The notes beneath the pieces were generated by a model. The model did not search any database, was not told the DNA's origin, and was given only the letters and a program-made list of their open reading frames with translations. A program made the translations under genes and the position numbers. Of a stretch of 28,389 bases of DNA, positions 1-7,912 are shown one piece after another (position 1 is the first letter of the stretch; every line of letters begins with the position of its first letter). Source of the DNA: an uncultured Gammaproteobacteria bacterium (GTDB lineage: Bacteria; Patescibacteriota; Microgenomatia; UBA1406; GWC2-37-13); assembly GCA_964531945.1 (NCBI GenBank), contig CAZHGF010000002.1, positions 1 to 28,389 of the forward strand, given 5' to 3'.

Positions 1-31
1 GAGAGAAATGCAGGAGCGTATGAAACGATGA
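1..31 (+). CDS. smpB: 3' end of a gene truncated by the window, probably SsrA-binding protein SmpB
   Basis: Frame 2 reads ...REMQERMKR* (TGA 29-31), resembling the SmpB C-terminal tail, and lies directly upstream of the tmRNA gene. Only 9 codons are visible. Confidence 0.5.
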   Translation, partial: REMQERMKR

Positions 32-100
32 TGAGTTATGAGTTCAGGGTTCGGGGTTTTGTGCGCAACTTAAAACTCATAACCCATAACGCATAACTCG
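32..100. repeat. Inverted heptamer tandem array (unit ~TGRGTTA)
   Basis: Left arm tgagtta/tgagttc/agggttc/ggggttt (32-59); 13-nt centre; right arm aaactca/taaccca/taacgca/taactcg (73-100), whose units are reverse complements of the left consensus. Confidence 0.8.
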
Positions 101-106
101 ACAAAT

Positions 107-521
107 GGGGATGACAGGAATCGACGAAGAACTGCACTTTTAAAAATGGTTAGGGCGTATCTATACGACAAATAGAAAAACACAAATGTCAATAAAGACA
201 TTGAAGATCTTAAGGCTTTTGTAAAAGACTACATTGCTTCTGCAATGGGTCTTAATCAGTCAAGAGCATATGCTTTTGCTGCCTAAGCTTTCAAGAACTC
301 TTGTTAGGCTTCCCTAGGTACCTGCCTATCAAGGGATAAACCAATCTAGGTAAGATCAGTACTGTGTTCCCGATTTGACAATACTGGTTGATAACCCATC
401 AATTGGCAACCGAAATAGGTTTGTATATTTTCCAGTTTCGGAGCAGTAAAAAATATTCTATCTCTAACTAAACGTTTTTAAAATCTTTTTTCGGACCCGG
501 GTTCAATTCCCGGCATCTCCA
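107..521 (+). ncRNA. ssrA: tmRNA (one-piece)
   Basis: 5' GGGGATGACAGGAATCGAC; 3' GGACCCGGGTTCAATTCCCGGCATCTCCA with T-arm; GGGGATG pairs with CATCTCC (514-520); internal tag ORF ends ...YAFAA* (TAA 284-286). CCA is not fully encoded. Confidence 0.96.
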
Positions 522-637
522 CACTTCGCTCCTCGTGTTCACTCGGAGCTACGCGTGGTAAACCACCTTGTAATAATAATCTTTCCTTACTACCTTTTCG
601 CGAAGTGTGTGGCGCGAAGCCTTGGCGAAGTGCCACA
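519..637. repeat. Two imperfect palindromes between tmRNA and the GIY-YIG gene
   Basis: ccac..gctcc/ggagc..gtgg (519-558) and tgtggcgc-gaagccttggcgaa-gtgccaca (608-637) can each fold into stem-loops. Confidence 0.55.
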
Positions 638-666
638 TTATGTAGCTCATAATCCATAGACAATAC

Positions 667-927
667 ATGCTTTCCACTTTAAGCTTCTATTATGTTTATG
701 TTTATATTTTGAAACTTAAAGATAACTCAGTATATATAGGTTTTTCTTCAAATCTAAAAAGGCGATTAAAAACTCACATAGAAGGCTGCGTATCGGCAAC
801 TAAAAATCTTAGACCAGCAGAATTGATTTACTACTCAGCCTTTACTTCTCAAAAGAAAGCTACTGACTTCGAAAAATATCTTAAATCTTCTTCCAGCTTC
901 GCGTTTCGGAATAAGAGGCTGGTTTGA
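667..927 (+). CDS. Small stand-alone GIY-YIG nuclease family protein
   Basis: YVYIL...YIG...RRL..H..G...RP..L.Y...F.....A...E.YLK signature in 86 aa. Confidence 0.88.
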   Translation: MLSTLSFYYVYVYILKLKDNSVYIGFSSNLKRRLKTHIEGCVSATKNLRPAELIYYSAFTSQKKATDFEKYLKSSSSFAFRNKRLV

Positions 928-938
928 TATAATAGGTT

Positions 939-1568
939 ATGCTATATCTTCCAGAATTTCTCACTGTTGTAACGATACATCTGCTGGCAGTCGTCAGCCC
1001 TGGGCCTGATTTTATTATGACGGTTCGCAACACACTCATATACTCCCGAAAAACAGGAATTTATTCTGCTCTTGGATTAGGACTGGGCATTGGTATTCAT
1101 GTAACGTATTCGTTATTAGGGATCGGATTCCTCATCTCAAAATCAATTTTCCTCTTTACTATCATTAAATTTATTGGTGCCGGATATTTGTTTTACATCG
1201 GATATAAATCGCTTACTGCAAAAGCATCACACATCCAAGTAAATCAAGAGGATAAAAAGAAAGATATCGGCAAATTTGAGGCGATGAAAATAGGGTTTAT
1301 TACGAATGTTACGAATCCCAAAGCCACCCTTTTTTTCCTGGCGCTCTTTACCCAGGTAATTCATCCGACAACTCCTTATCTTATTCAAATTCTTTATGGA
1401 TTGGAGATGATGATAGCTACCACATTATGGTTTACTTTTGTGTCAGTACTATTTTCGCATCATATGGTAAAAAAAGGATTTGAGAGAGTAGGAAATGGAG
1501 CAGAAAAAGTGATGGGCGCGATTCTTATAGCGCTGGGGATCAAACTAGCGCTTTCTTCTTCAAAGTAA
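939..1568 (+). CDS. LysE/RhtB family amino-acid efflux translocator
   Basis: SPGPDF motif, GAGYLFYIG, NPKA.LFF motif, about 6 TM helices. Confidence 0.93.
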   Translation: MLYLPEFLTVVTIHLLAVVSPGPDFIMTVRNTLIYSRKTGIYSALGLGLGIGIHVTYSLLGIGFLISKSIFLFTIIKFIGAGYLFYIGYKSLTAKASHIQVNQEDKKKDIGKFEAMKIGFITNVTNPKATLFFLALFTQVIHPTTPYLIQILYGLEMMIATTLWFTFVSVLFSHHMVKKGFERVGNGAEKVMGAILIALGIKLALSSSK

Positions 1569-1571
1569 TCG

Positions 1572-2090
1572 TCACCTTCTCTGTCTGATTCTCATATGCG
1601 AGGCGCATGCTCGATCACCCTTCTGCCCCGTAAACGACCATCTGGCGTATCCTTTCATCGGTCCATCTGCAATTGTCTCAACATACCGCGGTCCATCACC
1701 GAGGTGTGTCGCTGAATGAACAGCAATATTCATTTTCCATCCGAAGCGCGCCGATAAGGGAGAATTATGCGCATTAACATATAGTCCAATAAGATAGTGA
1801 GGAGGAGCAACGCGATGGGCGTATTGACTCGTATCATAAATGGTTCGCAACCGATCGTCAATTGCGCCGACAACCGCCTCATAGGGTGCCTGAATGAATC
1901 GTCCAAAAGGATCTTCAAATTCAAGAGCGCCCGTGTAGTTGGCTCTTTGCGCATCCAAAATCTGTACGACACGAGGAATAAACACATCAGGACCAACCGC
2001 GGGGTCAATTTCTATCCGCGTTGTTTTTGGTAATAACGATGGCAGTCTTACTGACTCAAATCTTCTTCGTGCTTCAACGATGACAGACAT
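1572..2090 (-). CDS. Hypothetical protein
   Basis: 172-aa ORF filling the gap, TATAAT 10 nt upstream of the ATG; no family recognised. Confidence 0.6.
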   Translation of the reverse strand: MSVIVEARRRFESVRLPSLLPKTTRIEIDPAVGPDVFIPRVVQILDAQRANYTGALEFEDPFGRFIQAPYEAVVGAIDDRLRTIYDTSQYAHRVAPPHYLIGLYVNAHNSPLSARFGWKMNIAVHSATHLGDGPRYVETIADGPMKGYARWSFTGQKGDRACASHMRIRQRR

Positions 2091-2111
2091 AAGAAAAATA
2101 ATTATAGCAAA

Positions 2112-2597
2112 CTAAACATTCTTCTCCATCTCCACCGTTTTTACAGGGAATCCTTCAACCACTTCTTCTTTTTCGCCGACAATCTTGAATCCCTGTTTTG
2201 TATAAAAAGCACATGCTTTATCGTTCTGTTTCTCACACTCAAGCCGCAATAATTTTATCGATGGGAAACGCTTGAGCGCCGCGTTCATGAGGTGTGCGCC
2301 GATTCCTTTGCGCTGATGCCGAGGATGGATATAGAGGCGGCTCATAAAAGCAGTATTTTCATCAATTTTTCTGACCGTAATAAGTCCGACTATTTTTCCT
2401 TCCTCCTTCGCAACCGCAAAGAAGGTATCAGGGTTCGCAGCCTGCTGTACTAATGCCTTGGGATCATGCCAGATAGAAGTAATCTTTTCAATTATATCAG
2501 GTGGGTAGAGCGCTCCATACGTATCTTTCCATACATAGCTTAATAGATTTTTTACTTCAAGTATTTCTTCTGGAGGCACCTTCTCTATATTTATCAT
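2112..2597 (-). CDS. GNAT family N-acetyltransferase
   Basis: RLYIHPRHQRKGIGAHL (motif A) and N..A..FY.KQGF (motif B). Confidence 0.92.
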   Translation of the reverse strand: MINIEKVPPEEILEVKNLLSYVWKDTYGALYPPDIIEKITSIWHDPKALVQQAANPDTFFAVAKEEGKIVGLITVRKIDENTAFMSRLYIHPRHQRKGIGAHLMNAALKRFPSIKLLRLECEKQNDKACAFYTKQGFKIVGEKEEVVEGFPVKTVEMEKNV

Positions 2598-2668
2598 ATA
2601 TCCAGTTAAAAATTATACATATTTTTCCTTCATACTCTGTTTTTATAGGGTAGAATTATCATAAATAT

Positions 2669-3223
2669 ATGAAGGTATTAGCTTTGAGGTTCTCATCGGC
2701 TTATCTCAAGACTCTCAAGCGTCCAACAGTGGTTAAAATTGGGGTTATTGCTTTCGCTGCGGTGTTTATTATCATATTTATGATTTTCAATAGGGTTTAT
2801 ATAAAAAATACTGAGACAGAAATACCGAAAAGTGAAAGTAAACCCGAAGTAAAAGGAGCATCTGCATCAGCTTCAATTACCGCTTCTCCGTCAGCAACTA
2901 TTACTGTTTCACCTACGCCGACGAAATCCGTCGCGACACCAACTCCAACACCTCAACCGACGAATACTCCGGTACCTACTAATACCCCCGCTCCAACCGC
3001 TACACCGACTCCTACCCCAACTCCAACCAAAACTCCCACACCTACACCCACTCCAACTGCAGGCGCTTTGACTGCAACACCGACTCCTACTGTGAGTTCA
3101 ACACCAACAAACACTCCAACTCCCACTGGGTCATTAACTCCAACAGATACTCCTACTCCAACACCTACTTCTTCTCCAACACCAACACCGACCAATACAC
3201 CAACGCCTACTCCAACGCCTTGA
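2669..3223 (+). CDS. Membrane-anchored Pro/Thr-repeat (mucin-like) protein
   Basis: One N-terminal TM segment followed by about 110 residues of (PT)n/TPTP repeats to the C-terminus. Confidence 0.8.
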   Translation: MKVLALRFSSAYLKTLKRPTVVKIGVIAFAAVFIIIFMIFNRVYIKNTETEIPKSESKPEVKGASASASITASPSATITVSPTPTKSVATPTPTPQPTNTPVPTNTPAPTATPTPTPTPTKTPTPTPTPTAGALTATPTPTVSSTPTNTPTPTGSLTPTDTPTPTPTSSPTPTPTNTPTPTPTP

Positions 3224-3240
3224 GTAGGTTTAAAGGTATA

Positions 3241-3786
3241 TTAAAATGGGTAGCCTTTCAATCCCTGTAACCCTTTTGCTGCAGAGATTTCGCCCATGAG
3301 ATTGTCAATATGTCCCATGAGCACCCTCATGACGAATCGTCCTAATTGCCATTCTCCCAGACCCCACTGTGACAGATTCACTTTTTTCTCAAGAAGATCT
3401 TTATCACTGAGCGTTGTCAAATAATCATCGGTTTGTTTATATACTGCTTTTGCATACTTTTGTAATTTCCGAAGGTCAATTTTTACATTCTTCGCCCATT
3501 TTGCAAAGTTGGTTTCCCAGTCCATGTCCATTGCCGGATGGGGATGACTGATACCAAGTTTTTTATTCCATCCCTGTTCCAGAAGCGGTTTTGCTTGTCT
3601 GATCATGTTGTTGAGCATAAGGTCTTCGGATATAACAACATGGACGTATGCAGCGCCAATGGGTAGCGCTTTTCCTGCAGGTTTCCAGTGCGCAACTTTC
3701 TCATCAACTCCTTGCATGGTGCCTTCAAGCGCGTCATGAGCATCTTTTAACGCTTGGCGAAACAGCTCAACCATTTTATTTTTCAT
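3241..3786 (-). CDS. DinB/YfiT-like four-helix superfamily protein
   Basis: Size and helical pattern; IGAAYVH and GHIDNLMGEI align with the DinB His-containing helices. Confidence 0.72.
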   Translation of the reverse strand: MKNKMVELFRQALKDAHDALEGTMQGVDEKVAHWKPAGKALPIGAAYVHVVISEDLMLNNMIRQAKPLLEQGWNKKLGISHPHPAMDMDWETNFAKWAKNVKIDLRKLQKYAKAVYKQTDDYLTTLSDKDLLEKKVNLSQWGLGEWQLGRFVMRVLMGHIDNLMGEISAAKGLQGLKGYPF

Positions 3787-3809
3787 AATGAGAACGAGAA
3801 GTAATAAAT

Positions 3810-4190
3810 TTACTCTTTCTTCAAATCCTGCCAGACGCCGATGATGTTTCCTTCGGGATCTTTAACGCGCGCATACATCCCCATGTCAAAAACTTTAACT
3901 GTCGGCATTACTACAACACCACCATGCTCTTTAATTTTCTCAAGCGCCGTTTCAATATTCTCAACACCCACAACAAGAACAGGCGTGGGAGCATCATTCT
4001 CTTTTTTCATGATAGCTCCGTTGATAAATCCCGGCTCTGCAGGCATCTGCTGTTCATTCGCGGGGCCGGTGATGGCGATGGTATATTCATCCATTGCCTT
4101 ATGCATCTTCCACCCGAAAACTTCTTCATAAAACTTCACTGCTTCCGACATATTCGCTGCCGGTATCTCAAAATGAATAACCTTATTCAT
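3810..4190 (-). CDS. VOC (glyoxalase/bleomycin-resistance) family protein
   Basis: VIHFEIPA...FYEEVFGW and GMYARVKDPEGNIIGVW motifs. Confidence 0.92.
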   Translation of the reverse strand: MNKVIHFEIPAANMSEAVKFYEEVFGWKMHKAMDEYTIAITGPANEQQMPAEPGFINGAIMKKENDAPTPVLVVGVENIETALEKIKEHGGVVVMPTVKVFDMGMYARVKDPEGNIIGVWQDLKKE

Positions 4191-4254
4191 GGATAGGAAA
4201 AATTTGTAACAATATTATTGTACCTGATATTAATTATGTCGCTATAATAATCTG

Positions 4255-5544
4255 ATGCAGTGGGTAAAAAAACATCCGTTTCTTGCTCTCATTCTTTTAT
4301 CCTTAATCCTCCGTTTCTCTCTCCTTTTCCTCGACTACAGTTTTGATGTCAATAACCATATGGTATGGGCAAAGGATGCTCTCACACGGGGAGTAAGAGG
4401 GTTTTATGAAATACAGTCTTCTCAAGGATTCGCAACTCATTACCCCAATTATCCGCCACTCGCAATCGTGATTTTTTCGTTCGTATATCCGTTGCAGTCA
4501 TTTATTTTTAAACTTGTGTGGTGGTTTAATGTAACGTTTCCGATTTTTCCATCGAAGCTCACTCTGTTTGTCGAAAGCAGAGTGTTTTTAGCAGGATTGC
4601 TTAAGTTACCTTCCATTGCTGCAGATGTGGGAATTGCGCTTCTTCTTATGGAGTTTGCGCGAAAAATGGTTCCCAAGGAAAAAAAGTTACCCTTCATTAC
4701 TGCGTCACTGTTTCTGTTCAATCCGGCAATTTTTTACAATAGTGCTTTTTGGGGTCAGATCGATGCTGTTCCGATTTTTTTCGCGCTTCTCTCATTTTAT
4801 CTCCTGTTTTTCACCAAACACTCTATTCTCAGTGCTCTTACCTTCACCCTTGGCATACTGGTGAAACCAACCATTTTTCTGTATCTGCCGATATATGTCA
4901 TTTATTTGGTATGGAAGCATAAGCTGATAGACTCGTTAAAAGCTCTCGGAACATCTCTTCTGGTTTTTTGGCTTGTTTTTTTACCCTTTTACCAATCCGG
5001 CAACATTTTGTTGTATCCTTTTACCACCTATTACAAAAGTATATTGCTGACGCAGAGTATTCCGTTTGCTACCAATGGCGCTTTTAATTTCTGGTTGTTG
5101 CTTACGCAATTTAAGGGCATCAAAGATACGACGGTGTTTTTACTGGGAATGTCTTATAGAGTCTGGGGTTATATATTGACCGGCGCTATCTTTACTCTGC
5201 TAGCGTCTCACGCTATCAAGAAAAAAGAGAGGGCAACCGCCTTTTTATGCGCCACGTTTCTTCTGTCTTTGGCCGGATTTTTATTTCTTACCAAAATGCA
5301 TGAACGATACCTGATGCTGCCGCTGCCATTTTTGTTGCTGCTGTCGTTGAAACAAAAAGTATACCTCCGAGGATTTATCCTATTGTCTATCATTGGTTTT
5401 TTAAACCTGTATCACAGTTGGCCCGTGCCGCGGAGTGAAATTCTTATTCAACTGCTTGATACGCCGGTGATTTATTCGTTATTATCTTTAGGCAACATAG
5501 GACTATTTTTCTATTTTCTCAAACGATTTATTTCAAAAACTTGA
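4255..5544 (+). CDS. GT-C fold integral-membrane glycosyltransferase (lipid-carrier-sugar dependent; ALG6/GT87-like)
   Basis: About 11-12 TM helices; conserved D after TM1, NYPP, LFNPA...WGQ.D and MHERY motifs. Confidence 0.75.
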   Translation: MQWVKKHPFLALILLSLILRFSLLFLDYSFDVNNHMVWAKDALTRGVRGFYEIQSSQGFATHYPNYPPLAIVIFSFVYPLQSFIFKLVWWFNVTFPIFPSKLTLFVESRVFLAGLLKLPSIAADVGIALLLMEFARKMVPKEKKLPFITASLFLFNPAIFYNSAFWGQIDAVPIFFALLSFYLLFFTKHSILSALTFTLGILVKPTIFLYLPIYVIYLVWKHKLIDSLKALGTSLLVFWLVFLPFYQSGNILLYPFTTYYKSILLTQSIPFATNGAFNFWLLLTQFKGIKDTTVFLLGMSYRVWGYILTGAIFTLLASHAIKKKERATAFLCATFLLSLAGFLFLTKMHERYLMLPLPFLLLLSLKQKVYLRGFILLSIIGFLNLYHSWPVPRSEILIQLLDTPVIYSLLSLGNIGLFFYFLKRFISKT

Positions 5545-6199
5545 TCGTGGCAATTACTTGATCGCAGAGAGAGGTGTCAATACTTTGAACATAGCAGCTT
5601 ATTGACAGTGCAGATCCGTAAGGATTTTGAATAATCGTAAAGTAACTTCCGTCTACCGGCGGGGTAGAGCCGATGGGGAAAGAGAGAATTTTCATCACCC
5701 TTTCTCCTTCAATGACGACTTCTTTTCCATCTACCATGAGAGGGATTTCCCTTGACTCCAGCCCTGGCATCCCAAATCCCGGCGCTTCAAGGAAGAGGGT
5801 GATATTTATCTTCTCTTTTGAGTTGGTTAAGTCAAGATAGGCAAGGCTCGACTTTCTTTGCGAATTGATAGTCTCACTTTTCGGATAATAGAGCATCGCA
5901 AAGGAATAAGGGAAACTTATCTGGAGTTTATAGTCATCAAATCGTACGATCTTCCATCCGGTGTGTGGATTATGACTAACAATAGGTTGTATTGGAGTAG
6001 GGGTGGGAGTATCGGTGGGGAGAGGCGCGCGCGCCAGGGGTTTTACTAAATCTCTTTTTATCCCTTCCAACCTGAATCTGTTTTCATGAAGGGAAATTCT
6101 GATAATAAGCGCTCCCACGACCGCAAGCAGCAGCAGTAACAAATGCGAAGTGAGTTTTGAGTCAGAGGGAGGAGGCTGTTTTCGTTGGAGCATCTTCAT
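5528..6199 (-). CDS. Membrane-anchored extracytoplasmic protein with PT linker and PsbP-like domain
   Basis: TM helix, PTDTPTPTP linker, then W......Y...ISFP motif. The family assignment is tentative. Confidence 0.6.
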   Translation of the reverse strand: MKMLQRKQPPPSDSKLTSHLLLLLLAVVGALIIRISLHENRFRLEGIKRDLVKPLARAPLPTDTPTPTPIQPIVSHNPHTGWKIVRFDDYKLQISFPYSFAMLYYPKSETINSQRKSSLAYLDLTNSKEKINITLFLEAPGFGMPGLESREIPLMVDGKEVVIEGERVMKILSFPIGSTPPVDGSYFTIIQNPYGSALSISCYVQSIDTSLCDQVIATIKFLK

Positions 6200-6252
6200 C
6201 TTAAGTTTAATTATTCACAAATGCAATCAAGAAACAATGGGGAAGGATATTA

Positions 6253-6474
6253 TTACCACGCCATCGCAACAACTCCGGCGATGAGGATGATAGTCAACAC
6301 GACGAGAATCGTGTGGCCAATAATGAATCTTTGAAATTTTCTGGGGATAAGGAGGCCGAAGTTCTGTTTTGTCCGCGTGATTTCCCTAATGAGCAGGTTG
6401 TTGTAGATATAAACGGCAGTCAAAATAAGAATGAAAATTATTGCAATAACAGTGGTGATATAGGGGTGATTCAT
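6253..6474 (-). CDS. Small two-TM membrane protein
   Basis: Two hydrophobic helices; start overlaps the upstream gene's stop (ATGA). Confidence 0.65.
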   Translation of the reverse strand: MNHPYITTVIAIIFILILTAVYIYNNLLIREITRTKQNFGLLIPRKFQRFIIGHTILVVLTIILIAGVVAMAW

Positions 6475-7106
6475 ATTCTTTTTAAACTTCTTCTTGGAAA
6501 CACTGCATCATTGAGCCGGACATTGTTTGCAATGCTTCTTGGATGAAACCATATGGGTGTGTCATGCATGATCGATTCAAGGGCGTCAGCAATAAAAATA
6601 CCCGTTTCCCGTGGGTTTTTTACATTTTGAAATATAAACGTTTCTTCATGAGACGGCCGGTCAAATACAATCACTACATCACCAATATCTAAGAGTTCCT
6701 GGATAAATCCATTTATTTTAATATCAATTTCAGTCGTTCTTACCTGATCTAAAAATACATTGTTGATGACATGAGAAAAGATCGGTTGGAAAAGAACCTC
6801 AAGAAGTTTACGGTCTGAAAGTATATATAAATGAAAATACCAGTCTATAATTTCGTGCAGCATAAAAGCGAGAGCAACATTCCCTATGACCAGAATACTT
6901 GCAATAAAAAGCGGTAGGGTGAAAATTTGAAATCCAAATAGTCCCGCAGTAACTCCGATTAAGAAAATTCCTGCGAATATGATAAAAAGTAACGGAGCTA
7001 ACAAAACGATCCAGTGTTGTCTTTTTGCAATCAGAAGATGTTCCCCTGGTAGTGAGCAGAAGTGTTTGACCTCAAAATAGGTAAGACAATCTTTTATTTC
7101 CTGCAT
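6471..7106 (-). CDS. Bacterial PH-domain (bPH/YdbS-like) membrane protein
   Basis: Two TM helices then Y.LSDRKLL....IDI....Q.LLDIGDV.I...F.NV.NP pattern; strong SD (AGGAGGTGA). Confidence 0.75.
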   Translation of the reverse strand: MQEIKDCLTYFEVKHFCSLPGEHLLIAKRQHWIVLLAPLLFIIFAGIFLIGVTAGLFGFQIFTLPLFIASILVIGNVALAFMLHEIIDWYFHLYILSDRKLLEVLFQPIFSHVINNVFLDQVRTTEIDIKINGFIQELLDIGDVVIVFDRPSHEETFIFQNVKNPRETGIFIADALESIMHDTPIWFHPRSIANNVRLNDAVFPRRSLKRI

Positions 7107-7167
7107 ACCTCTTCACCTCCTTTTCCAAAACTAATAGTCGATGTTAAGGTTGCAAGCCTATATATTT

Positions 7168-7196
7168 ATTATACTCCTTTCAAAATGCAATAGCAA
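7168..7196 (-). promoter_or_regulatory. Sigma70-type promoter for the PH-domain gene
   Basis: TTGCTA-N17-TATAAT on the minus strand. Confidence 0.55.
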
Positions 7197-7219
7197 GTAT
7201 GTCTCCAACCAATAACCAT

Positions 7220-7246
7220 AAAAAAACCCTCCCCGAGGGGAGGGTT
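7220..7246 (-). terminator. Rho-independent terminator after hsp20
   Basis: 9-bp stem aaccctccc/gggagggtt, 4-nt loop, followed by a T-run on the minus strand. Confidence 0.85.
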
Positions 7247-7259
7247 CCTCTTACACTAC

Positions 7260-7694
7260 TCATCGTCCCTTAGCTTTTACTGGAATTTTCCGTGCTTTTG
7301 CTGCTTCCGCAATCGGTGCAGTCACCGTTACCACTCCATTTTCTACATCAGCCGCAACTTTATCTGCTTCTATCGGTCGTGGTAGATAGGTAGCATAGTT
7401 GAAAGAAGCAGTTCGCTGCATCCGATGAACCACTCTATTTTTCTTTTTCTCTTCTTCTTTTTCCTCGCTCCGGGCACTAATTCGCAGAACTCCGTCTTCA
7501 TACGTAATATCTACTTTATCTGCAGGAATGCCGGGCACCGCAGCCTCAACTACTACTTTGTTATCCTCTTCATATACGTTTAAACTGTCATTTCCACTTG
7601 CGTTTGTCCATTCATCCTGATCGTCAAAGAACGATCGAATGAATTGTCGGCCAAACGGATCAAGACGGAAAGGATTAAAGCGTACGATAGCCAT
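7260..7694 (-). CDS. Hsp20/alpha-crystallin small heat-shock protein
   Basis: LNVYE....VVVEAAVPG....VDI...DGVL.I, F.....LP..I....V.A..ENGV.TVT.P; strong SD gaaagggggtga. Confidence 0.95.
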   Translation of the reverse strand: MAIVRFNPFRLDPFGRQFIRSFFDDQDEWTNASGNDSLNVYEEDNKVVVEAAVPGIPADKVDITYEDGVLRISARSEEKEEEKKKNRVVHRMQRTASFNYATYLPRPIEADKVAADVENGVVTVTAPIAEAAKARKIPVKAKGR

Positions 7695-7761
7695 AGTCTT
7701 TCACCCCCTTTCATCGAATGAAACTGGTAATAAGTATTACCGGTATTACTTGTGAGCTCTA

Positions 7762-7796
7762 TTAGCAGTATAGTATAAAGAGTGCCAATTTGTCAA
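7762..7796 (-). promoter_or_regulatory. CIRCE (HrcA operator) overlapping the hsp20 promoter
   Basis: Minus strand TTGGCACTC-N9-TACTGCTAA (7788-7762) versus consensus TTAGCACTC-N9-GAGTGCTAA, 3 mismatches; TTGACA(7796-7791)-N18-TATACT(7772-7767). Confidence 0.8.
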
Positions 7797-7813
7797 GGGG
7801 ATGTTGTGAGTTT

Positions 7814-7902
7814 TCGATCTTTGATCATCGGTGTTGGATGGCCGGTGGTAAAAGAGTGCTCTGTAAAACTTTCAGCATTGAAAGTCGAAGATCGAATATC
7901 GG
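7814..7902. repeat. Inverted heptamer tandem array (unit ~TCGATCT)
   Basis: Left tcgatct/ttgatca/tcggtgt/tggatgg/ccggtgg (7814-7848); right gcattga/aagtcga/agatcga/atatcgg (7875-7902). Confidence 0.6.
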
Positions 7903-7912
7903 ATATGTTTTT

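Noticed and set aside
478-663. Minus-strand 61-aa ORF
   Set aside because: It is antisense to the tmRNA T-arm and the palindromes; MPGIEPGS is the typical antisense-tRNA artefact.
2127-2135. CATCTCCAC matching the tmRNA 3' end (514-522) as a possible attR
   Set aside because: Only 9 bp, inside a coding region, plausible by chance in 28 kb, and no integrase is present.
2953-3195. Gly/Val-repeat ORF
   Set aside because: It is the reverse-strand shadow of the Pro/Thr repeats.
2880-3220. Repetitive DNA as a possible CRISPR array or satellite
   Set aside because: It is codon-level degeneracy of (PT)n, with no constant repeat and unique spacer structure.
5528-5544. Convergent 3' overlaps (also 16231-16237)
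   Set aside because: Short tail-to-tail overlaps are common in compact genomes.
667-6500. Integrated genomic island at ssrA
   Set aside because: There is no integrase, convincing att repeat, or phage/plasmid gene; the accessory-looking content alone is insufficient.
7854-7860. Second CIRCE (GAGTGCT)
   Set aside because: It is only a half-site; there is no matching left arm 9 nt upstream.
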